This document shows, in pieces, positions 18,181 to 26,500 of a DNA stretch of 53,614 nucleotides (position 1 is its first letter; every line of letters begins with the position of its first letter). Below the pieces are notes generated by a model. It did not search any database, was not told the DNA's origin, and saw nothing but the letters and a program-made list of their open reading frames with translations. The position numbers and the translations under genes were made by a program. This DNA is from a virus, in the IMG/VR virus record IMGVR_UViG_3300024346_000015, positions 1 through 53,614 of that record; one strand, written 5' to 3'.

Positions 18181-18939
18181 TTATCCTACGAAGAAGACAG
18201 GGCCCACATCTTCCTCTTCCCTAAACCTAACTTTAATTTGTTCGATCTCGTTATTAGCGTCCTCAAAGATAGAACGTCCGTTGATCTGAACACCGCCAGG
18301 CAAGGTCATACCATCAAACTTTAATAGGTTGGTTCCCCATTGCCTTTTAATGAGACTTGTGGTATACTCTTTAAGGAACTTATGGTTCCACAATGAATTG
18401 TATTCTGTTGTTGAATCCGGAGTTCTTATTCCGTACACTTCTGCAACAATGTTATCACCGACCGATAGTTTCTCGGTACTCACATAGAAGTACAGACGAT
18501 TACCTTGTCTGTCGTGTGTCATCTCTGGAATACCCGTTAGTTTCATATCGAGTAATGATAGATGTTGTTGCATTTGTTCGTAGTATGCGATGTCACCGGC
18601 AAAGTTATTTAAGTCGGTCACATCATTCAACATCATTTGATATTTGATGTCAAAGAAATTTGTTGTTTGAGAAACAGTATTGATTGGGAATATACGAACA
18701 ACGGTAGTAATACTATCGTCAGCCAGATCCACATAACCGTTGTCTATATCATCCTGTGTTAACGCGAATGACATGTAGTGTCTTCGAGATCCATCTGGAT
18801 GATTCTCACGAAACCACTGCATGGCTTCATCGACACGATCTTCGATCTGTTCATCATCACAGTTTATTTCGATCACGGGTGAACCCAAACTACGCAAGCA
18901 GTAATCGATCATCTCTTGTCTAGAATTTGGACTTGCCAT
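18181..18939 (-). CDS. gp13: Neck protein gp13
   Basis: YCLRSLGSPVIEIN, KRQWGTNLLKF..LPGGVQING. Confidence 0.97.
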   Translation of the reverse strand: MASPNSRQEMIDYCLRSLGSPVIEINCDDEQIEDRVDEAMQWFRENHPDGSRRHYMSFALTQDDIDNGYVDLADDSITTVVRIFPINTVSQTTNFFDIKYQMMLNDVTDLNNFAGDIAYYEQMQQHLSLLDMKLTGIPEMTHDRQGNRLYFYVSTEKLSVGDNIVAEVYGIRTPDSTTEYNSLWNHKFLKEYTTSLIKRQWGTNLLKFDGMTLPGGVQINGRSIFEDANNEIEQIKVRFREEEDVGPVFFVG

Positions 18940-19139
18940 TAATTGATCCTTGTACCCGAAGAGTTATATACTTTGAGTTGATTAAAATCTATGATATCTA
19001 CCGCACTACTAGAGTCTTCGGTCTTTATATAAATTATACCTTCGTTGGTATTTATCGCAATTTCACCTAGAACGAGATCACTGGTGCCAGGCGCAACGCC
19101 TTTGACCGTGCTCTTCTTATGTTTAATAGTTGTACTCAA
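18939..19139 (-). CDS. Small fibre-module protein (Mtd_N-like fold); TTG start
   Basis: IKHKKS..GVAP...L..GEIAINT.EG.IY motif; GGAG RBS at 19146-19150. Confidence 0.7.
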   Translation of the reverse strand: MSTTIKHKKSTVKGVAPGTSDLVLGEIAINTNEGIIYIKTEDSSSAVDIIDFNQLKVYNSSGTRIN

Positions 19140-19167
19140 GACCTATCTCCGAATAATTATAAGTTTA

Positions 19168-19185
19168 GACTCCCCGAAGGGAGTC
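19168..19185 (-). terminator. UUCG-tetraloop hairpin after the 593-aa fibre gene (weak U tract)
   Basis: GACTCCC-TTCG-GGGAGTC on the minus strand. Confidence 0.6.
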
Positions 19186-19196
19186 GGTACACTTAT

Positions 19197-20978
19197 TTAT
19201 GAGTATGTTCCACCGTCAATTGTACTAATCGCAACAGATCCAGATGTCAACGTAAAGTTCGCAGTTGGGAACTTCGCAACACCAAGATTAGTAGCGGTTG
19301 CGGTTTCAGCTGTAACGGTCAACGAGTTTGATGCATCGGCATACGTAAGATCAATACCTTCACCCGCTAACAATAAGCTTGATACACGGTCATCGATAGT
19401 CTCTGACATACCAAGGATAGTTGCATCAATGGTTTTGTTAGCTACCCACTTATCGCCTGATGCTTCATATAAGAATGTTGGACGATCTCCACCAGTAAAA
19501 GTTGAAGAACCAACGATAAGACCAGCACCATCTGCTTCCGCAGCATTATCAGCACTGTCTCCAAGAATGAGAGTCAGATCATTGATAGTTACTTCGGTAG
19601 AGTGGATAGTGGTTGTAAGACCCTGTACAGTCAAGTTACCCCGAACGACAACGGTACCTGAGTCACCAACAGGATTAGGATCTAAGTAAAGTTCGGTTGC
19701 ACCACCGTTAGTTGTACTAATGGTGTTGCCATCAATACGGATATTATCGACATCGATCTGGGTTAAACCAGCAAGTACTGTGGATGATGCACCAAGTGCA
19801 ATACTAGTACTACCAACTGTGAGACTGTCGTTGTCCAGTTTAGCGTTAGTAACACCACCGTCTTTAATACGGAGTGTATCACTACTTGTCTCGATAGTAC
19901 TGTTATCTACGTTTACATTTAGTGATACTGAACTACCAAGTGCTACTGAACCACCACCACCAAGTCCGTCACCCGCAGTAACGGTTAATGAACTATTTGC
20001 CAGTTTGTTGTTTGCGATAGAACCAGCAAGTTGTGTATTCGATACACCACCAGTCTTAATACTTACCGCACCACTTGAAACTGCGAAGTCTGCCGTAGCA
20101 AAACTTGCAACACCCTTATTGGTTACTGTCGCATCTTCGCCTGTAATAGTAAATTTCTTAGATGCATCATTGAAAGATATATCAATACCCTGAGACGAAT
20201 CACCAACAAACGTTAGTGTGTCAGTAGCTAATGCGATTGTACCCGCTGAGTCTCCATCGGGGCCAGCATTATCTACGGCAACTGCCATAGTAGTTGTGAT
20301 TGCACTAGTAGATGTATTAGTGATCTGACCTTGTTCGTTTACAGTGATAACAGGAATTGCAGTAGCGGAACCATAACTGCCGGCGGTGACAGCTGTGTTA
20401 GTGATGGCGAGACTAACTTGGTTATTCGTTACTGTAGAGGTTATACCTGTTCCACCGGCAAACGTTAATGTTTCGCCAGTAGAGAATAAATCTGAGTCTG
20501 TTCCATCACTGATAGTGAAGTCAGATACGACTGCGCCTACTTGATCATCTACGTATTTTTTAGTAGCAGCGTGTTGATCACCACTTGGATCGGTAACATT
20601 AATGATCTTAGATGAACTAACATCAACATGAGCTGTTCCGTTTGGTGCTAGAACAAGATTTCCGTTCGTATTTGTTGTGCTGATTGTATTGAGATTAAGA
20701 TCGAGGTTATCTACTTTTAAGTTGTCAATCTTTTTGTTAGCATCAACAATCAGTGCTGAACCTGCGGTAAGTGTACCCGCAGCATGATCCAACATACTGG
20801 TGAAATAAACACCACCGATAACACCGATGTTGTCCGCTTCGCCAGGCGTTGTTTCTGCGCCCCAACCTATAAATAACTTTTGATGTCCAGTGGCATAACT
20901 ATATGCCATTTCACCTGAACGTAATGTCGAGGGAGAACCAGTAGTCCCTGAACGTTTTATTAGAATTTTACTTGCCAT
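19197..20978 (-). CDS. Fibre/structural protein with Mtd_N-like N-terminus
   Basis: ILIKRSG...P..L..GEMAYS start, HAATKKYVD, GVSNTQLA/GVTNAKL fibre repeats, C-terminal IDGGTY. Confidence 0.8.
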   Translation of the reverse strand: MASKILIKRSGTTGSPSTLRSGEMAYSYATGHQKLFIGWGAETTPGEADNIGVIGGVYFTSMLDHAAGTLTAGSALIVDANKKIDNLKVDNLDLNLNTISTTNTNGNLVLAPNGTAHVDVSSSKIINVTDPSGDQHAATKKYVDDQVGAVVSDFTISDGTDSDLFSTGETLTFAGGTGITSTVTNNQVSLAITNTAVTAGSYGSATAIPVITVNEQGQITNTSTSAITTTMAVAVDNAGPDGDSAGTIALATDTLTFVGDSSQGIDISFNDASKKFTITGEDATVTNKGVASFATADFAVSSGAVSIKTGGVSNTQLAGSIANNKLANSSLTVTAGDGLGGGGSVALGSSVSLNVNVDNSTIETSSDTLRIKDGGVTNAKLDNDSLTVGSTSIALGASSTVLAGLTQIDVDNIRIDGNTISTTNGGATELYLDPNPVGDSGTVVVRGNLTVQGLTTTIHSTEVTINDLTLILGDSADNAAEADGAGLIVGSSTFTGGDRPTFLYEASGDKWVANKTIDATILGMSETIDDRVSSLLLAGEGIDLTYADASNSLTVTAETATATNLGVAKFPTANFTLTSGSVAISTIDGGTYS

Positions 20979-21202
20979 TAATATTGGCCTCCATTAAGAT
21001 TTTGATCTTCTAAGTCTGTGGTTGCTATAAAGCTGGAAGATGTTTCATCATAAATGAGGACACTACCTTGCACTGCACCGGACGTATCAACTCCCGCCAA
21101 GTTGTTGATATTGCCAGTAGCACTGTTAATTCTTCTCACGGGACGACCTACAACAACTTTCTTTACTCTAGTCGTTCCGTTCGTAGTAACTATAACCGCC
21201 AT
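20978..21202 (-). CDS. Small structural/fibre adaptor protein
   Basis: L.GVDTS....GSVLIYD motif and C-terminal LNGGQY, similar to the DGG end of the neighbouring protein. Confidence 0.65.
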   Translation of the reverse strand: MAVIVTTNGTTRVKKVVVGRPVRRINSATGNINNLAGVDTSGAVQGSVLIYDETSSSFIATTDLEDQNLNGGQY

Positions 21203-21215
21203 CTTTCCTTTTCCC

Positions 21216-21572
21216 CTATCGTGTAACTGATGGGTTAACTTTTATTTTTCCTTCGAGGACACGTTCAATAATAATATTATTGTCTGTATCAACATAAGAA
21301 ACTTCTACATCATATACGTAACGACCAGTCGTAACCAGTTGATCAGTTTGTTCGTTCGTCAGAGACAGGATGGCGATACCATCCGTTGGTGGATTGCCTA
21401 GGGCCGTAGTAAATTCTACTGTACCCTCTGCGCCAGCATTGTAATTTCTTTTCATTTTAGACGTGACTGTATGTGCAGTCAAGTCTTTCTTAGTACCGTC
21501 AGTATCCTGAAGGTGCAATTCAATTGCAACATCTGATCCTTGGTCTATATTGAAATCTTCGTATTCAGCCAT
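21216..21572 (-). CDS. Ig-like (BppU-N-like) virion protein
   Basis: IDQGSD...DLT......MKR...GRYVYDVE...RVLEG...V.PSVTR, common in marine T4-likes. Confidence 0.75.
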   Translation of the reverse strand: MAEYEDFNIDQGSDVAIELHLQDTDGTKKDLTAHTVTSKMKRNYNAGAEGTVEFTTALGNPPTDGIAILSLTNEQTDQLVTTGRYVYDVEVSYVDTDNNIIIERVLEGKIKVNPSVTR

Positions 21573-21603
21573 TAGTCCCGTCTTTAAATATGTTTTCTTG
21601 CTT

Positions 21604-21611
21604 TATTTATA
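21604..21611 (-). promoter_or_regulatory. T4-type late promoter
   Basis: TATAAATA upstream of 21572. Confidence 0.8.
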
Positions 21612-21624
21612 ACAATTGGAATCT

Positions 21625-22338
21625 TTATTCCGACATTATTTCATCTATTATTTCTTCACGGAATAGTTGTGCAACAGGTGAGGTATCGAAACAAAAAGAA
21701 ACCGTTTGTCGCCAACAGTTAGTCTCAGCAGCATGATAGAAAATCTTATCTTCTTCTCTATAACTACCGAAGTATCCTGCTTTCAATTGCCAACCCGGCA
21801 CGTCTTGCATGACCACGATTTCACCTTTCTCTATATCCCAATACTTGAAACAACCATCACCTGTCTCACTGTATGTGAAAATCATATTCCATGCAGCTGC
21901 ATTCGCATTGTTATGCCAAGCGATAAATCCGTCTTTAGGATACGCGGCAGATAATGCATTGTTACGACAACCCATGAAATTAATCATCTTGGTATTCGTT
22001 TCGGTCAACAACTTCATGAACTCAGAACGGAATCTCGCTTCGTCCGAAGATTCCGCATGGTCGTTCTTAAAGAATTTATGCAGTTTAGTATTAACTCGAA
22101 ACTCGTATCCGTACATTGCATCTGGAAAACCTTCGTGTCTTTCACCCTGTGCAATAATTTCCTTGAGGTATTCTTCACCAGTGAACCAATCTTTTTTGTC
22201 TGACGCGTCTGAACACGTCAAGTGCATATACTTTTCGAACCCATCAAGTGCGCCAGCCTTCCTATAGTCATCAAGAATTTCAATTAACTCTGGGTTGTTA
22301 ATAGGGATGGTTTGCATCCTGTAGTCTACTTCACTCAT
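21625..22338 (-). CDS. Putative 2OG-Fe(II) oxygenase/cupin-fold protein, paralogue of 1292..1939
   Basis: YPKDGFIAWHNNANA...FTYSETGDG...GW..K.GYF.SY.E...FYHAA...R shared with the 215-aa protein. Confidence 0.6.
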   Translation of the reverse strand: MSEVDYRMQTIPINNPELIEILDDYRKAGALDGFEKYMHLTCSDASDKKDWFTGEEYLKEIIAQGERHEGFPDAMYGYEFRVNTKLHKFFKNDHAESSDEARFRSEFMKLLTETNTKMINFMGCRNNALSAAYPKDGFIAWHNNANAAAWNMIFTYSETGDGCFKYWDIEKGEIVVMQDVPGWQLKAGYFGSYREEDKIFYHAAETNCWRQTVSFCFDTSPVAQLFREEIIDEIMSE

Positions 22339-23060
22339 AAAATATGTCCGTCCTTATCCAGACCACACGAGTAATGTCTCAATACAACTTCACCATCTGG
22401 TCTCGTTTGTTGCCAATTAAATGCGTTATAGTAATTCCAACGCAAATCATCTTTAAATATTCCTACCTTCAGATCCTTGTACTTCGGATCTTTCTCAGTT
22501 AACCACCAAAGAGAGAACTGATCCCAAGACTTGAGACTGTCTGCATATCCTTCTGGCCACCAAGAGTCATTCATCTGTCTACGAGTCAGATCCCACCAGT
22601 CATCCATGAACTCACGGACAATAGGTTTAGTCATATCATACAGACAGACACCCCCACAAAGAGTAAACTTCGCATTCCCTTCGGGAGTACTAAAGTCTCG
22701 TTCAGCATAAATGTAATCACGATCATCGGTCAATTCAGAGAACATGACATCGTAGTCACCTAACTCATCGTAGACCTTTGCGATGTCTTCGTGTTCACAT
22801 TCCATATCAGCATCAATATACATTGTTATATCATAAGGAGATTTCGCCATGCCCCATAGTTTGGCACGGTAGTGGTTGTCACAATGTATGATTTTATCTG
22901 CTAAGCTTCTTGCTCGTCCATCGATCATCCACGGTTCGCATACCAATGTGATATTAGCATCTTCATGATAATCACGAATAGAATCGATTAAGTTAATCGC
23001 ATAAACATAAAAGTTTGGTTTGTTCGATGCGACAATTACAATGCCTTTACTCTTTTCCAT
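22335..23060 (-). CDS. GT-A fold glycosyltransferase (nucleotide-diphospho-sugar transferase)
   Basis: GIVIVA..Y..A..L..SIR, SPYDITMYIDAD (DxD), GGVCLY, WDQFSL, RWNY, late His (LRHYS). Confidence 0.85.
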   Translation of the reverse strand: MEKSKGIVIVASNKPNFYVYAINLIDSIRDYHEDANITLVCEPWMIDGRARSLADKIIHCDNHYRAKLWGMAKSPYDITMYIDADMECEHEDIAKVYDELGDYDVMFSELTDDRDYIYAERDFSTPEGNAKFTLCGGVCLYDMTKPIVREFMDDWWDLTRRQMNDSWWPEGYADSLKSWDQFSLWWLTEKDPKYKDLKVGIFKDDLRWNYYNAFNWQQTRPDGEVVLRHYSCGLDKDGHIL

Positions 23061-23517
23061 CGACCGCTGCCTCTTCCAGAGCTATCGTATCTTGGAGAAT
23101 CATAATCGCGTACATGTCAACTTCGATTCTACTCTTTGCACGTCTAAGTTTCGCTTTCAATTTACGGTTCTTCGAAGATTTTACTTCTTCTACTTCAAAC
23201 GCTTCCATCTTATAGTTGAAGAGATCTTCTAGTTTACGTGCCTTAGCGTGTTCAACGTCACGTTGTTGTTTCTCTTCTTTCTCTTGTTTCTTGCGAACAT
23301 GACGATCGGTCGTGTTGTCATCAACTAATTTTTCAGTTAATACTTCAATGACTTCTTCGTAATCCTCATTGGGATTACCTTCCTTATCAAGTTTATTCAG
23401 ACGCATGACCTGTCTAGTTACTCGACCAATATCGTCTTCTAATTCTAAAATACAGTTTAGTTCGTTCTTATCTTCAGTTTCCCAAAACGCATTGTCTAAC
23501 CATTTTCTACTGCTCAT
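23047..23517 (-). CDS. Hypothetical protein (possible fibre chaperone)
   Basis: 156-aa ORF with GGAG RBS and charged coiled coil, directly downstream of the giant fibre gene. Confidence 0.7.
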   Translation of the reverse strand: MSSRKWLDNAFWETEDKNELNCILELEDDIGRVTRQVMRLNKLDKEGNPNEDYEEVIEVLTEKLVDDNTTDRHVRKKQEKEEKQQRDVEHAKARKLEDLFNYKMEAFEVEEVKSSKNRKLKAKLRRAKSRIEVDMYAIMILQDTIALEEAAVDGKE

Positions 23518-23559
23518 CTCAATCTCCTCAGTTGTTTCGATGATATATCGTGCAATTAT

Positions 23560-26500
23560 TTATGCAGTTCGTAAGTACAGTGTATAAGTCTCTACAGTGG
23601 ATGTACTTTGTCCAATTGTTGTTCCTGAGTAATTTCCTACAAAAGTTCTACCATAATCACCTGTGTAATCTGCGGTATAGTTTCCAAGGTAAGGTACGAC
23701 ATAATCGCCCGCATAGTTCCCTGTGAACGGAGTTATAGACTCTCTAGTATATGAAGATGTACGGAGTCTATTAAAATTACTGTTTCTCAATCTAGTATAT
23801 ATGGCCACAAAACCACGAGTATATACCGATGATCTATTTCTGGTATATGCGGAAACTCTGGTACGAGAATAATGAGCAACATAGTCTGCGGTATAGTTTC
23901 CGGTGAAATCACCTGCGTATGTACCAACACTTACTCTCAAGAAGTTTCCGACATACTCTCTTGCATAGTTGCCAGTATAGTTACCCGCAAAACTTGAGTC
24001 ACGAACACGTGTAAACCCGCCTGCGTAAGTTCCGGTCGCACCTACGAAGTTTGCGTAAGTACGGGATCTAGCATATGAAGAAGGTCTTGTTCTACTATAT
24101 GCAGATACTCTTGTGACGGTGAAGGCTGTTGTGTAATGAGATGTGTAATTACCTGTGTATTCACCAACAAAGGTTCTAGTGAAATCACCTGTATAGTTAC
24201 CACCAAACACTCTGGTGAAATTGCCTGTGTAGTTACCACCAAATAATCTAGTGAAGTTTCCTACATAGTTACCACCGAAGTTTCTACTATAGGCACCAGT
24301 GTATTCTCCAACAAAACCACGAGTATAGTTGCCAATGTAATCACCAGCAAAACTACGAGAATAACTAGATACTCTAGTCCTAACCGATGTTCTCGTATAG
24401 TTACTTCCGCGAACTCGCGAGTAAACACTAGTACGTGTACGAGTATAGGCTGACGGTCTATTTTCATTACGCAGTCTGGTTGAAGTACGAGCATAACTAC
24501 TCGATCGGACTCTAGTAAATAAAGACGTGTAATTTTCGATTCTGTTTCGTGCATAACTACTGGATCTGGTTCGTGCGTAACTACTGGATCTAGGCGTTAT
24601 ACGAGTTCTGGCGTATGCTGATGAACGAGTAACTGAACTGACACGTGTAGATATTCTTGTGTAGTTACCGACATAATCACCAGTATAATCTCCCGCAAAT
24701 GTTCTACCGTAGTTACCAATGAAGTCCCCGACAAATGCGCGAGAATAGTTACCAGTATAATCTCCCGCGAATGCACGAGCATAGTTACCAGTATAATCTC
24801 CACCGAAGACTCGACTATAGTTTCCTACAAAGGTTCTACCGTAGTTACCAATAAACGTTCTCTGATAATTACCAGTGTAATTACCGGCATAATCACCAAC
24901 GAAGCCACGGTTGTAGTTACCAACAAAACCACGCATATAGTTACCTACGTAGTTTCGACTGTAGGTACCAGTATAATCACCAACAAAACCACGTACATAA
25001 TTGCCAGTATAATTGAATACAGAATTTCGGGTTCTAGTATAAACCAGAGTTGACCCTCTAGCGCGAGTATACACACTTACTCGACTTCTGGTAGAGTTTG
25101 TAATTCTGGTTCGAGTATATGCACTATAACGTGTTCTAGTTGATGTACGAGTATAGTTACTATTCCTAGCACGAGACGATACACGAGTAGAGGTACGAAG
25201 ATAGTTACTGTTCCTAGTACGAGTTGATGTACGAACATAATTACTATTTCTAGTACGAGCTGAGATTCTCGTGGATGTACGAAGATAAGAACTATTCCTA
25301 GTGCGAGTCGATGTACGAGTATAATTACTATTTCTAGCACGAGATGATACACGAGTAGATGTACGGAGATAAGAACTAATTCTATTTCTAGTCGATGTAC
25401 GGAGGTAAGAACTAATTCTAGTGCGAGTCGATGTACGAGTAGATGTACGGAGATAAGAACTGACTCTACTATAATCGGTAATACGAGTTCGCTGATAAGA
25501 ACTTATTCTAGTACGAGTTGATGTACGAGTATAAGAACTGACTCTATTTCTTGCATACGCACCCGAATATGCACTGACTCTATTTCTAGTCGATGTACGA
25601 GTAGATGTACGGGTATAGTTTCTAGCACTAGTACGGGTAGATGTACGTGTATATGCACTACTTCTAGTACGAGTTGATGTACGAGTATATATGCTACTTC
25701 TGTTACGTGCGGACACTCTGGTCGAATAACGAAGATAGTTTCTTGTGCTAGTACGGGTAGATGTACGGAGATAACCAACAGTACGGTTAAACGATGTGTT
25801 CCGACTATAGTTACCTGTATAGTACGCAGTACCGCCTATATAATACAAGAAACGAGTGTAGTAGATTAGATTTGGATAGTAATATCTCGCAAAGGCTTGG
25901 GTTCGAGCGAATGATCCAGCCCTTGTGGATATACGTGTGTAAGCCGCGTTGCCAATATAATATGATGTTCTACTGTAATTACCAACGAAGTTACCGGCAA
26001 ATCCTCGAGCATAGTTACCAGTGTAATTACCAGTGTAATTACCGGCAAATAATCTACTAAAGTTACCGCCATAGTTACCGGCAAAGTTTCTACTAAAGTT
26101 ACCAGTGAAGTTACCGGCAAAGTTTCTGCCGTAGTTACCGATAAAATCGCCAGCGTAGTTTGCTACGAAAGTACGGCTGTAGGCACCAGTGTAGTTTCCT
26201 ACGTAAGTACGGTTGAAGTTACCAGTGAAGTTACCCGCGAAACCACGGTTATAGTTACCAACGAAGTTACCCGTAAATACTAATGTTCGGTTATAGTTAC
26301 CAGTGAAGTTACCAGCATAGTCGCCAACAAATCCTCGGTTGAAGTTACCCGTATAATTACCCGCGAAACCACGGTTGAAGTTACCAGTATAGTTACCAGT
26401 ATAGTCACCAACAAATCCTCGACCGAAGTTACCTAGATAGTTACCAGCAAATGCACGAGCGTAGTTACCAGTATAGTTACCAGTATAGTCACCAACGAAA

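Noticed and set aside
19045-20193. Long plus-strand ORFs (214 and 157 aa), and similar ones at 21809, 44787 and 50987
   Set aside because: Antisense shadows of real genes caused by codon bias; no RBS or motifs
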